Positions 12,230 to 24,362 of a DNA stretch of 42,500 bases are shown one piece after another. This DNA comes from Patescibacteria group bacterium (GTDB lineage: Bacteria; Patescibacteriota; Gracilibacteria; BD1-5; UBA6164): contig CBFHLZ010000002.1 in assembly GCA_965656795.1 (NCBI GenBank), positions 1 to 42,500 on the forward strand, written 5' to 3'. Position 1 is the stretch's first letter; each line of letters opens with the position of its first letter. Below the pieces are notes generated by a model. It was not told where the DNA came from. It searched no databases and saw only the letters and a list, made by a program, of their open reading frames with translations. The position numbers and the translations under genes are program-made.

Positions 12230-13600
12230 ATGAAAAATATATGAATTATTCTGTTATTTTGTTTATTATTTTCTTGTCAAAATGAAGAAACTATTCCAAA
12301 AGATAATATAAATTTAGAAAAATCTATAGAATATAAACAAGATAAAAATAAAATAAATAATACAGAAATAAGAGAAAAATTCGAAGAAAAAATAACACTT
12401 TATTGATTGCTGACTGATTATTTCGTGAATAATTTATCACATCAAGATTATCAAAGTGCCTATGAATTAAAATATAAACCTGAATTAAGTTTTGAAGAAT
12501 TCAAAAAAAATTATACCTTACGTGAAAATGAAGAATTTGTTATCGATAAATTTGATGAAATAAATGAAGAAAAAACTAAAGCAAAAGTAGAAGTTATCCT
12601 ATTTAATAGAGAAAATAAAAATATGACAAAATATATTTCTATTTTTGAAATCATAGATAATAAGTTAAAAACTCTTGATACAAAAGTTGTGACACATGAA
12701 GTTTTAGATACATTTGAATTTGAAGGTTGAAAAGCAATAGTTGAGTGGAATAAATGAAAGAAAAATTTATTTATTGATACAAATGGTGAGAAAAAATTTA
12801 TTTTATCTCGTGAAATAGAATATGATAATAGTAATAATAGATATGATTGGATTTCCACTAAATATACTTTTAATAACTTTGAATTAATCAATAATAATAC
12901 AACACTTTTATTTGAAGCAAATATATGGGAAATATGAATTTTTTATACATATGATTTGTATAAAGAAATTTTATTATGACCATTTTATAATTATGAAAAT
13001 GCATTAGAGTGAAAATACGATAATTACAGAATGGTTAATGATTATTATAATAATCTATCAAATTGAAAATTTGAAAATGCATATAAGTTAAAACATCAAC
13101 CAGATATTTCATTTCAGCAATTTAAAACAAAATATAGTGATTATGAAAATTATAAATATTTTATTGCTTGAAATGAAACTATATCTGAAAATAGTTCAGA
13201 TTTTGAAATTATTTGACTCAATCAGCTCACTTGAGAAATGGTAAAATACTTAGTAAGAATAAATTTTTATAAAAATACTTTTGATTCAAAAGTTGTAAAA
13301 ATAATTCACGAAGAAATAATACAGAATTTCGATTTAAAAAAGGGAAGTTTAGAAGTTCTCTGGAATAAGTGAGTAATAGATGTTTTTTATATCTCTGAAG
13401 ACAATAAGATAAAAATATTTACTTTTTCTCCTCAAATAGATAATAATTCTTGAAAATATTGACGACAAAATTACTTTATGAGTATCAAGGACGCTAAATT
13501 TTTACAAGAAGAAAATAAAATTACTTTTATATTATTTAACTTTGATGATAAAGAAAAATATGAATATTTACTCGATGAAAATATTCTAAAAAAATTATAA
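12230..13600 (+). CDS. lipoprotein with an internally duplicated module
   Basis: Signal peptide with lipobox LLFSC. Two homologous halves (DYFVNNLSHQDYQSAYELKYKPELSFEEFKKNY vs DYYNNLSNGKFENAYKLKHQPDISFQQFKTKY). 456 codons plus TAA. Confidence 0.7.
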
Positions 13601-13638
13601 AAAAAAGACATATAGAAATTTCTATATGTCTTTTTTTT
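13601..13638 (+). terminator. rho-independent terminator
   Basis: AGACATATAGA-AATT-TCTATATGTCT followed by a T-run. Confidence 0.7.
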
Positions 13639-13708
13639 GCAACAAAAAAACACTAGGATACGGCTCGATAGTGTTTGTTTTGTATAATCTGAATAGTTTA
13701 TTTCAATT

Positions 13709-13796
13709 TGGTGCGGAGAGAGGGATTTGAACCCTCACGGACGTAATTGTCCACACGCCCCTCAAGCGTGCGTGTCTACCGTTTCACCACCCCCGC
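13709..13796 (-). tRNA. tRNA-Leu (anticodon GAG), class II with long variable arm, CCA encoded
   Basis: Hand-folded cloverleaf. Acceptor GCGGGGG/TCTCCGC, anticodon stem CACGC/GCGTG with loop TTGAGGG, variable stem GGAC/GTCC, T arm GAGGG-TTCAAAT-CCCTC, 3' ACCA. Confidence 0.88.
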
Positions 13797-13858
13797 GAAT
13801 AAAAAAACTCAATTCAAATCAGTGAAGATTCGATTTGAGTTTTTCTTTTTTATTGAAA

Positions 13859-13933
13859 TGGTGCCGAGAGCGAGATTTGAACTTGCGACACAGGGATTTT
13901 CAGTCCCCTGCTCTACCCCTGAGCTATCCCGGC
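13859..13933 (-). tRNA. tRNA-Phe (anticodon GAA), CCA encoded
   Basis: GCCGGGATAGCTCAGGGGTAGAGCAGGGGACTGAAAATCCCT... with anticodon loop CTGAAAA, T loop TTCAAAT, acceptor GCCGGGA/TCTCGGC. Confidence 0.88.
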
Positions 13934-14085
13934 ATAAATATTTGGTTTGCGTTTCAGCGAGACAGATAATATGAAAATTTAGATTAAAGTCAAAACTTTT
14001 TTAAACTTTTTTGCTTTTTTTCTTTTTGATTATTTTAAAAAGGTGATTACAATGAGCACAATTATTAAAAAATAAAATAAAAAAA

Positions 14086-14328
14086 ATGAAAGTACAAGTA
14101 TGTCATGGGAGAACCTGCACAGAACGTTTTTGCAAATATATCAATACAAGACTTGAAAATGATAAACAAAAATTTTCTTTGAATAATGTTGTTATCGAAG
14201 ATTCAAAATGTATGGGGCAATGTAAAAAATGACCAAATGTGAAAATAGATGATACAATTCACAATTATATGAATCCAGCAAAAGCTGCAGAACTTATTCA
14301 ACCAAAACCTAAGAAAAAAAAGAAATAA
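14086..14328 (+). CDS. thioredoxin-like [2Fe-2S] ferredoxin-family small protein
   Basis: 80 codons. C-x4-C (VCHGRTC) and C-x3-C (CMGQC) spacing typical of thioredoxin-like 2Fe-2S proteins. Lys-rich tail. Confidence 0.55.
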
Positions 14329-14355
14329 AATAATAATACCTATTTATAATAAAAC

Positions 14356-15819
14356 ATGGAAATATTTAATACAAAATCAAGAAAAAAAGAAGAATTTAAA
14401 CCACTTAAACAAGATGCTATAAAAGTATATTACTGTGGACCAACTGTATATAATAATGCACATATTGGGAATTTAAGAACCTATGTATTTTGTGATGTAG
14501 TTGTGAGATCATTAAAATTTTTATGAAACAAAGTTGACAGTGTAATGAATATTACCGATGTTGATGATAAAACAATTAGAGATTCACAAGCTGCAGGTGA
14601 AAAATTATGAGATTTCACTCAAAAATATACAGATATATTTCTAGATGATATTGAAAAATTAGGAATTATCCCTGCAGATAAAGTAGTTCCTGTTACAACT
14701 CTTATACCAGAAATGGTGAGAATGATTCAAACAATGCTCAATAGAAAAAATGCCTATCTTGCAGAAGATGGAAGTATTTATTTTGATGTAAAATCATATA
14801 AAAAATACGGGAAATTCGCAAACTTAGATTTATCTGGAATGAAATCTTCAGTGAGAATTGATAATGATGAATATGAAAAAGATGCTGCTGCTGATTTTGT
14901 TTTATGGAAAGCATATAAATCAGAAGATTGAGAAAATTTCTGGGAAGAAGAATTTGAAATAAAAGGTGAAAAAACAATTTTAAAATGAAGACCAGGTTGG
15001 CATATTGAATGTAGTGCGTGTAATATTAAACATCACGGTCCGCAAATTGATATTCATATGTGAGGTTGCGATTTAGTATTTCCACATCACCAAAATGAAA
15101 TTGCACAAACAGAAGCTTGTACAAGAAAAGAATTTGCAAAATATTGGTTACATTCAGGTCATCTCACAGTTGATGGGAAAAAAATGTCAAAATCTGCAAA
15201 TAATTTTTATACACTTGATGATTTAGAAAAAAAATACTCTCATGTAAAAAATACTGATTTATTCAGAGCTATTCGTCTAGGTTTCATGAATGGTAAATAT
15301 GGTGATAGTGTAGATTTTTCATTTGATAAAATCGAAGCAAACTTAAATACAATCAAAAAAGTTGATGAAAGTCTAAAAACTTTATCAAGAAGTATTGATG
15401 CTGGTGAAAAAGAAGTTTTTGGTATTTCAAGAAACTTTAGAGATGAAATGCAAGTAATCGTTTCAGAATATATGGCAAGAATTGAAGATGATTTTAATAT
15501 GCCAGAAGCAATTGCAGAATTTCATAGTTTTATAAAATTTGTAAATACTGGAGTGGTTGATAAAACTTTTTCTTTAGAAGAAGAAATGGCTTTAATGGAT
15601 ATGTTTGAAACATTTAATGATGTTTTAGCTATCGTTGATTTTACGATTATTGAACTCGAAGAAGAAACTCCAGCTGAAATACTAGAATTATTAGAAAAAA
15701 GAAATCAAGCAAAAGCAGATAAAGATTTTGAAACTGCAGATACTCTCAGAGATGAATTATTATCTCAAGGATTTAAAATTATAGATTCAAGAGAGGGAAG
15801 TTATGTAGAAAAAGTTTAA
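14356..15819 (+). CDS. cysS: cysteine--tRNA ligase
   Basis: YYCGPTVYNNAHIGNLR (HIGH-type motif), GWHIECS, KMSKS. Track ORFs 14713-14931 and 15184-15819 are in-frame pieces. Confidence 0.95.
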
Positions 15820-15837
15820 TTATTAGAACAAAAAATA

Positions 15838-17079
15838 ATGACACCAGAAAATATATTATTAATTATCATCGCTTTAGTTATTTTTGAAGCGATTTTAACA
15901 AAAACTCTATGATTTTTAAATCATAAAAATAAAAAACCTCAGCTTCCAGAAGAACTCAAAGAAGTATATGACGAAAAAAAATATGCAAAATCTCTTGCAT
16001 ATGAAAAGACAAAATATAGTTTTGCAATGTTTTCTTCAATACTTTCTATTGTCGTAACACTTGGAATGTTAATATTTTGAGGATTTGGATTTCTTGATGA
16101 ATTTGTAAGACAATTTAGTGATAATCAAATAATTATTGCTCTATATTTCTTTGGGATAATTACATTATTTCAAACTCTGATTGGATTACCATTTAGTTAT
16201 TATTCAACTTTTGTAATAGAAGAAAAATTTGGATTTAATAAAATGACAAAAAAATTATTTTTTCTTGATACAGTTAAATGATTGATTTTATCTGCTATTT
16301 TAGGAGGATGAATTTTATCACTAATAGTTTGGATTTATTCTATTGCTGGAAATAATTTTTGGTGGTATGCTTGGATTTTGATGACATTTATTTCAATATT
16401 CTTGATGATGTTTTACTCATCAGTGATTGTACCAATTTTTAATAAACAAACTCCTCTAGAAGAAGGGGAATTGAGAAATGCTATTGAAGAATTTTCAAAT
16501 AAAGTAGGATTTAAGCTTGATAATATTTTTGTTATTGATGGTTCAAAAAGATCGAGTAAAGCAAACGCTTATTTTTCTGGGCTTGGTCCAAATAAAAGAA
16601 TAGTTTTATATGATACACTAATAAATGATCTAGAAACTCAAGAACTAGTTGCTGTTTTAGCTCATGAAATTGGTCATTATAAAAGAAAACATACATTTCA
16701 AATGTTAGCCTTTTCTATTCTACAAACTGGATTTATGCTTTTTGTTTTTGGAATAGCTTTAAGTTTTCCAGAAGTGTCTCAAGCGCTTGGTTCGAGTGAA
16801 TGAAGTTTCCATGTTGGAGCAATTGCTTTTGGTATATTATTTGCTCCAATTTCAATTATGATGGGATTACTAACAAGTTTATTATCTAGAAAAAATGAAT
16901 ACGAAGCTGATGAATTTGCTGCAAAACATCATGATGCAGAAAAATTAATTAGTGCTTTGAAAAAATTATCGAGAAATAATCTTTCAAATCTTACTCCACA
17001 TCCAGCATTTGAATTTTTCTATTATTCACACCCAAATCCGTTAAAAAGATTTGCTGCACTCAGAAATGTAAAAAAATAA
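15838..17079 (+). CDS. M48-family (Ste24/HtpX-type) zinc metalloprotease, membrane
   Basis: Multiple TM helices, HEIGHYKRKH (HExxH), a downstream NEYEADEFA glutamate, and a C-terminal HPNPLKR. Confidence 0.85.
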
Positions 17080-17192
17080 TTTTACTTTTTTGTGAATTTT
17101 AAAGGAATATTTTGCAAACAAAATAAAAAACTGCTATAATTATAGTAGTTTTTTATTTGTAAAAAAATAACGTGATCACAAAATTAAAAAAT

Positions 17193-18014
17193 ATGATTTT
17201 GGCTGAAAATCCAGTGAATAAAGAAAATATTTTAGAAAATCCCGATAGTACATTATGAAATTTTATAAATCATTTCATAACTTTTTTGATAATTGTTTTT
17301 GTAGGGGTATTGGTTTTTGAAAGTTTTTGAGAGAATGAAATAGTATATAAAAAATCATTATATATTTTCGAAGCAATTATTTCTTTAGTTTTTGCTTGGG
17401 AATATTTTTATAGATTATTTAAAGCAGAGCATAAAATTTCATTTATTTTTTCTATTGGTAGAATTATTGATCTGCTATCTTTTCTCCCATTTTTCTTAGG
17501 AGTATTTGTGGTTTGAGAATTTTGAAAAGTATTAAGAATTTTAAGAGTATTTAGGATTGTGAGGTTATTGAAAAAAATACCTTTAACGCGTGGATTTATA
17601 AAAGCAATTTGAGAATATAAAGATGAATATGCAGCAGTAACTTTATTATTTGCGATTATATTATTTATCGGTTCTGTAGCAGTGTATTTTACTGAAAGGT
17701 GAATTTCGGGGACAGAATTTACCTCTATTCCGATGGCTCTTTGGTGGGGATTAGTTACGATGACAACCGTTGGTTTTTGAGATATGTATCCAGTCACAGA
17801 TATGTGAAAATTTTTATGAAGTTTCTTAGTGTTTCTTTGACCACTGACTATCTGATTATTTTCGGCTGTAACGGTAATGGTTTTTCAAGAAGCAGCTCGT
17901 AATCAAAATATTTTACACAAACATACTCGAGGAGTAGTTTGTAAAAGATGTAGAACAATGAATCCTCGTGATGCAAACTATTGTATGAAATGTGGGGAAG
18001 AAATGATCAAATAA
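17193..18014 (+). CDS. voltage-gated-type K+ channel with C-terminal zinc-ribbon
   Basis: S4-like RILRVFRIVRLLKK, selectivity filter TMTTVGFGD (Gly by TGA), and C-terminal CKRC...CMKC. GTG at 17172 is an alternative in-frame start. Confidence 0.85.
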
Positions 18015-18040
18015 AAAAGCGCTAAAAGCGCTTTTTTTTT
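18014..18040. terminator. bidirectional terminator
   Basis: AAAAGCGC-TAAA-AGCGCTTTTTTTTT between convergent genes. Confidence 0.7.
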
Positions 18041-18049
18041 AATAGATTA

Positions 18050-18520
18050 TTATTCATTAAAAGCAGCATTTATATCTGCATGCGAATGAAAAATATCTGG
18101 GTCTTCGCTACGAATCAGAGAATCGATTGTTTCGAAAACTAAATCAGCATCAATACCAGCTTCTGCTAGAGTATCGACATCTACGATTTCTTGCCCTTTA
18201 ATAAGCAGTTGTATTGAGTTGCCATCATGCTCTTTAACTAAGCTTACATTAGCTTTTTCAAAGAGTAAACCTAAGCCACCTTCTTCTACACCTCGGTTTA
18301 TATACTCAGCAAGTAAGTCATGATGAAAAATAACTAAGGTGACATCATTTTCGTTTTGTTGATATTCCATTTGTAATTCATTTTTTACGTGAACGATTGG
18401 AACCTTTGTAGATGAAACTTCAAGTGAAGAATCGATTTCTAATTCGACTTCAAAATCGTTGAGTGCACCAACTACTGATTCCAATAGTAGTTTTTGTAAC
18501 TGTTCGTTTAATGTATTCAT
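18050..18520 (-). CDS. small acidic protein, unknown function (paralogue of 18662-19066)
   Basis: Intact 156-aa ORF even under the standard code (none of its 8 Gly codons is TGA). AGGAG lies 7 nt upstream of the ATG. TAA stop and flanking terminators. Confidence 0.7.
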   Translation of the reverse strand: MNTLNEQLQKLLLESVVGALNDFEVELEIDSSLEVSSTKVPIVHVKNELQMEYQQNENDVTLVIFHHDLLAEYINRGVEEGGLGLLFEKANVSLVKEHDGNSIQLLIKGQEIVDVDTLAEAGIDADLVFETIDSLIRSEDPDIFHSHADINAAFNE

Positions 18521-18612
18521 TCTCGTACTCCTTTTTGTATTTGAGAATTCTTACCAAAGGCAAGATAGTAATATCTTATTGATATATTTTATAAGTCAAT
18601 TTTAATGTAAAT

Positions 18613-18640
18613 AAAAAACCCATTTTGCAGTGGGTTTTTA
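18613..18640 (-). terminator. rho-independent terminator of 18662-19066
   Basis: The minus strand reads AAAACCCA-CTGCAAAA-TGGGTTTTTT. Confidence 0.6.
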
Positions 18641-18661
18641 GATTGTTCTAACAAACAAAGA

Positions 18662-19066
18662 TTACTCTTGTTCATTAGAAAATGTTTGTTGTAATCGTTT
18701 GATATCATCAAAGATTTCTCGAGCATTAAATCCTGCTTCGAATAACTCAGTTTGATTAAAATATAAGCCATTTATTTCAGCTTGAATATCACCATTTTCT
18801 TTTAAAATTAATGAAATTTCAAGTTCTAAACTATAATCATAGTCAATAAATTGAGCTGTATTTAGATTATTTACAACAGATATTTCTAAAAAATTATTAT
18901 GTTGAATACATAATATATTTTGAATATTATTGATTTTGTTAGTAAGTATTAAAACAGTCTTTGTTGATTCTTTAATAGGTTTTTGAATAGAAATATTTAA
19001 ACCTGAAAATGCAAAAATCAAACAATCTATCATTAATATCTTTAAAGCATTATTATCTGCATTCAT
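18662..19066 (-). CDS. small acidic protein, unknown function (paralogue of 18050-18520)
   Basis: 134-aa ORF without TGA. AGGAGTA lies 7 nt upstream of the ATG. The C-terminus ...LFEAGFNAREIFDDIKRL aligns with ...LAEAGIDADLVFETIDSL of the neighbour. Confidence 0.65.
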   Translation of the reverse strand: MNADNNALKILMIDCLIFAFSGLNISIQKPIKESTKTVLILTNKINNIQNILCIQHNNFLEISVVNNLNTAQFIDYDYSLELEISLILKENGDIQAEINGLYFNQTELFEAGFNAREIFDDIKRLQQTFSNEQE

Positions 19067-19255
19067 AATGCTACTCCTAATAAATTTAACATAAAAGTAA
19101 TTTTATTATACAATAATTTATAATTAATGCAATTATAAATTATTATGTGTAAAGTTTTTATAATTATTAACTATTATTAATTATCAAAAAACTATTTACA
19201 AAAGCCAAAAACTTACTAAAATGAGAGGAAAATATATTTTAGTAAGTTTTTTTTG

Positions 19256-20944
19256 ATGAAGAATAATTTTTATGTGACAACACCGATTTATTATGGAAAT
19301 GGACCTGTTCATGTAGGGCATTTTTATAGTTCAACTATTGCAAATACGATTTATAAATATCAAAAAATATCTGGAAAAAATGCCAGATTTACAACAGGTA
19401 TTGATGAAAATAGTCAAAAAGCTGTTATAAAGGCTGACGAAGCGGGAATGCCAATTATGGAGTATTTGGATTCAATGGCTGACTCTCATCAAAAAGTATG
19501 GAATCATTTTAATATGGATTATACTGATTTTATAAGAACTACTTCGCAAAGACATAAAGTAACGGTTCAAAATGTTTTACAAAAATGTTTCGATAAAGGT
19601 GATATTTATGAGGGGGAATACGAATGAATGTATTGTGTTGGATGTGAAAGTTTTAAAAAAGACGAAGATTTAGTTTTTAGAAATAAAACTTCTTGAGATA
19701 CTTTTCCTGTTTCAGATAAAGTAAAGCCATCTGAAAATATTGAAAAAGTTTGTCCGGATCATCTTACTCAGCCTGATAAAATTAAAGAAAAAAATTATTT
19801 TTTCAAATTAAAAAAATATCAAACTTGGATAGAAGAATTTTATGAAGCTAATCCAAAATTTGTAAATCCAGACTTTAGATATAATGAAGTAAAAGCATTT
19901 GTATCAAGAGGTTTAGAAGATTTTTCTATTTCAAGAGAAACAAATACTTTTGGTATAAAATTACCATTTGATGATACTCAAGTGACGTACGTTTGGTTTG
20001 ATGCGTTATTTAATTATTACACAAGTTGTATAAAAAGTAGAGCTGGAGATAAAAATAATGAAGAATTTATCGATGAATCAAAAATATTTTGGGAATGAAA
20101 TTCTGAAAATAAAAGAGAAATATTACACGTAGTTTGAAAAGATATCATCAGATTCCATGCAATATTTTGGCCAGCGATGCTTGCAAGTTATTTTGATTTA
20201 GGTGAAACTGATGAAAAATGAGAACTTCATTATAAAAAATCTGATAATGATTATTTACCAAATGAAATTCTTACATGAGGATATTTCACAGTTGATGGTC
20301 AAAAAATGAGTAAATCAATTTGAAATGTTATTGACCCAATCGAATATTCTGAAAAATATTCAAAAGAATTATTAACGCTTTATATGTTATCAGCTTTTCC
20401 AATTGGAAATGATTGAGATTACGATAGACGCGATGCTATTCTTAACTTCAATGCCAAAATGGCAAATAATTTTGGGAATCTTGTGAATAGAGTTGTTGTT
20501 TTAACTATGAAGTTAGGATTAGAAAATGGATTAAGTAGTTCTTCAGATGTTGAAATAAATACACAAACAGAAAGTTATTCTAAAAATTATAATAATTCAA
20601 TGAATGAATATAATTTAAAAGAATCTCTTGATAATACTTTCTTTTTCTTAGATATATTAAATAAATTCGCTGATGATAAACAACCTTGGCAAACAATTAA
20701 GGATGACGATAAAAGCGAAACTATTGAAACGTTGTATACTTTGGCTGAATGAGTGAGACAAGTTGGTTTAAATCTGTATGCATTTTTTCCAGAAAAAATG
20801 TCAGAATTATTTGAAAAACTTGGTTTAGAAAATTATGCTGAAAGATTAGAAAAAGGTGAGTTAGAAAATTTGAGAAAAGAAAAACCAACATTTAATATTA
20901 CTGAAAAAGGATCTCCACTTTTTGCGAGATTTGAAGTAGAATAA
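19256..20944 (+). CDS. metG: methionine--tRNA ligase
   Basis: TTPIYYGNGPVHVGH (HIGH-type motif), zinc knuckle CVGCE...CPDH, KMSKS. TTG at 19253 is an alternative start. Confidence 0.95.
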
Positions 20945-20959
20945 TAATTATTTAAAATT

Positions 20960-21520
20960 ATGTCCCAAATACAGCAAAATATTCATCTTACAAATAAACA
21001 AAAAGCAGCATTACAAAAAGTTCTGACACGTTTTGTGATAATAATTATTATATTTGTAACATTTTTTCCATTTTCACTTATTTGATTATTTTTCATTAAA
21101 AAAATAAAAAATTATTTTTTATCGAATAAAGAATTATTAGAAATAAAAGCAAAATTAAAAGAATTTTCACTCGAAAATGGAAAAAGATACAAAAAAAATA
21201 ATTGATATGGAAATCAATATAAAATTGAAAAAGATCAAGAAAATTTAGAAAACAAAGAAGAAAAAAGAAATAATCAAAGTTCATTTTATGAACAAAATAG
21301 AAAAAAACTTCAAGAAAAATTTTCTAATAATTTAGAAAAAAAATCAGAATCTAGTGCATATGATAATGAAAATTCTTGGAGAAATGCTGTAGGAAAAACA
21401 ACAGCAAAAAATAATAATTTTTTCTGAAATAATAAAAAACCTAAAACTATTTGAAATGGAAAAAGTATTTGGGATGATTATGAAAGTGTCACTGAAAAAT
21501 TTAGTTCTAATAAAAAATAA
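20960..21520 (+). CDS. hypothetical single-pass membrane protein, Lys/Asn-rich
   Basis: 186 codons under code 25. One TM helix (FVIIIIIFVTFFPFSLIGLFF). Its stop overlaps the next ATG (TAATG). Confidence 0.5.
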
Positions 21521-21810
21521 TGAAAATAACTATTAAAAATGCATCATGAGAAATTATTAAAACTTTAGATGCAGACTTAAATAAAACTCTTTTAAAACAA
21601 TTAGAAGCAGAGTGAATTGAAATTCCTTCAGCTTGTTTTACTTGAATTTGTGGAGCATGTATGTGTGAAATTGAAAAAGGAGAAGAGTTTGTAAATAAAG
21701 AAGCAACTACAGCTCCTGGATTTCCTCTGGCCGATGAAGAAGTGATGACGTGTATTGCAAAAATAAATAGTGATGAAGATGGTGAAATTATTTTAAAAAG
21801 TATGTATTAA
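21520..21810 (+). CDS. plant-type [2Fe-2S] ferredoxin
   Basis: SACFTGICGACMCE (C-x4-C-x2-C) plus a distal MTC cysteine. 96 codons. Confidence 0.75.
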
Positions 21811-21837
21811 TAAATTATTTTTTTTAATTAAAAAAAG

Positions 21838-22713
21838 ATGCCTCAAAAAATAAGAAAATGTGTTATCCCAGCTGCTGGATTTGGTACGAGATTTTTACCA
21901 GCTACAAAAGCTCTTCCAAAAGAAATGTTTCCAATCATAGATAAACCTGTGATGCAAATGTTGGTAGAAGAAGCTATTTCAGCTGGGTGCACGGATATTA
22001 TTATTGTTACTGGGAGAAGTAAAAGAGCTATCGAAGATCATTTTGATTCAAATATTGAACTCGAAGAAAGACTCGATAGATCTGGGAAATTTGATTATTT
22101 AAAAACAGTACAAGGCTTAAATAATATGGCAAATATTGTTTATGTAAGACAACCGTATCCAAAAGGTGATTGAGATGCTATTTTAAGAACAAAAAATCTT
22201 GTTTGAGATGAACCATTTTTAGTACTATTTTGAGATGATATCATAGATAATAAAAAATCTGCAGCAAGTCAGTTAGTTGAAACTTTTGCTAGAAAAAATG
22301 CACCAGTTATTGCTACCGTTAAAGTTCCTGAAAATGAAGTTTCTAATTATGGTATTTTAGAAACTTCTAAACCAGACGAAAAAACATTTGAAGTAGAAAA
22401 ATTTTTAGAAAAACCAAAATCAAGTGAAACAAATTCTAGAAATGCAGCAATCTGAAAATATGTAATGACTCCTGAAATATTTTCTTACTTAGAAAAATCT
22501 ACCAGTGGAAGTGGAGATGGTGAAATCCGTTTAGCTGACGCGCTAGAATTAATGAGAAAAGACAAAGATATCTATGGACACGCAGTTGATTGAGATAGAT
22601 ATGATACAGGTTCAAAAATTGGTTATATAAAAGCAACAGTTGCTTATGCATTGCAAAGAGATGAACTCAAAGACGAATTTAAGGATTTTATCAAAAGTTT
22701 AAATATAAAATAA
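21838..22713 (+). CDS. galU: UTP--glucose-1-phosphate uridylyltransferase
   Basis: [31 protein letters not shown], a VEKP-type motif (LEKPK) and GRYDTG-like DRYDTG. Confidence 0.9.
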
Positions 22714-22718
22714 TATTT

Positions 22719-23951
22719 ATGACAAAAATAACTACCATTTGAGGTTGAAATGGTCAATCAAATCTTCTCGACGCATTTTATGATTTTTTTCCTCAATCAA
22801 TAGAAATAACTTCTGTTGTTTCCATGAGTGATGATGGTCGTACAACTTGAGAACTTATGTGAGCATTTAAAAATGAACTTGGTTTACATCTACCACCACC
22901 TGGAGATTTAAGAAGGTGTTTATTCTCACTGAGTTCTTCAAAATATAGAGATTATTTTAAACTGGTTTTTGAGTATATTTTTCTTAATGAAGAAAAAATT
23001 CAAAACTTTACTATTTTTGAATTATTCACTCAAGTAAATAAAGAATTATTATTTTTTGGGAGAGGATGAGATTTAAAAGCAGAATTAAAGAAATTTGTAG
23101 AACTTGAATCATGAGATTTATATAATTTACTCAAAAATCAATATTCTAATATTTTAGATTTAAAACTTCCACTCACTTCAGAATTAAAATGACATAAATT
23201 TGGTAATATTTTAATGGCTAGTTTGTATTATAATTTTGAAAAAAATATTATATCATCGAATAAAAATATTTCAGATAGTTATGATGCAATGATTGATTTT
23301 ATGCATGAATTACTTGATGTACAAGCTTCAGTTGTCCCCGTGACAACAAAAAAAGCAAGGATAAGAGCTATATTATGAAATTGAGAAATCATAGAATCTC
23401 AAGATAGAATCTCAAATGTAGCTGAGTATTCAGCAGGAATAGCTGACTTAGAATTAGCTGATTGTTCTGCTTGAGCTTCTCATAATACAAAAGTTCATAA
23501 TGCTATTGTTTGAGCCGATTATATTTTAGTTTGACCAGGAGATCTATTTACATCGATTATTTCAAATTTTATAATTTGAGGAGTGAAACAATCTCTTTTA
23601 GAATCAAATGCAAAAATAATTTATATTTGAAATTCTACGAATAAATGATGAGAAACTATGTGACTCACTCAACTAGATTTCATTAATAAAATTGAAAGAT
23701 TTTTGGGAAAAAGAATTGATTATTTTGTATTAAATAATGCAAAACCTCAATTATCACAAAAACAAAAAATTGCATTTCAAAATGATATTTCAGTAAAATG
23801 AGGAGATTATTTATTTTTATCTCCTGGAGAAAAATCTGAATTAATCAGAAGAAAAATACAAATTATAGAAGCAGATTTATTAGACGAAGATAGTTTTTAT
23901 AAACATAATAAAGATAAAATATCAAAGGTTATTTTAGATATTATAAAATAG
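22719..23951 (+). CDS. YvcK/CofD-family (UPF0052) gluconeogenesis-factor-like protein
   Basis: N-terminal IGGGNGQSNLL and later VGPGDLFTSII, both typical of the YvcK family. 410 codons, TAG stop. Confidence 0.75.
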
Positions 23952-24008
23952 CTCTGTAATAATTCTGGTAAAAAAATAGAGAATAATTAATTTTTTAAAA
24001 TAAAAAAA

Positions 24009-24356
24009 ATGTTAACATTTTTACATAATAGAAGATGTTCTAAATCTAGAGAAGCTTTAGAAATTTTAGAAAAATCTGGAAAAAAATATCTGATGAGAGA
24101 ATATTTAAAAAATCCTCTTGATTTTGATGAATTAGAAGATTTACAAGCAAAACTTTGAAATATCCCAGCTATAGATTTTACAAGAACAAAAGAAGTAGAA
24201 TTTAAAGAACAGTGATTAGATAAAAATTCTTCTGATCTACAAATTTTTAAAAAAATGCAATCTTTTCCAAAACTTATGGAAAGACCTATACTTATTTCAG
24301 ATTCAAAAGCTGTAGTTTGTAGACCACCAGAAAAAATATTAGAATTATTAAAATAA
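24009..24356 (+). CDS. ArsC/Spx/YffB-family reductase-like protein
   Basis: 115 codons. N-terminal HNRRCSKSREAL and C-terminal ERPIL motif, characteristic of the ArsC family. Confidence 0.7.
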
Positions 24357-24362
24357 TAAAAA

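Noticed and set aside
13747-13974. 75-aa ORF on the + strand.
   Set aside because: It spans the two minus-strand tRNA genes and their spacer. Its GC-rich codons are simply the tRNA sequences.
14052-14075. Seven-codon mini-ORF MSTIIKK with a strong AAGGTGAT Shine-Dalgarno sequence upstream of the ferredoxin-cysS unit, considered as a leader peptide or attenuator.
   Set aside because: There are no alternative terminator/antiterminator structures, and the codon content has no relation to Cys. It is too short to distinguish from chance.
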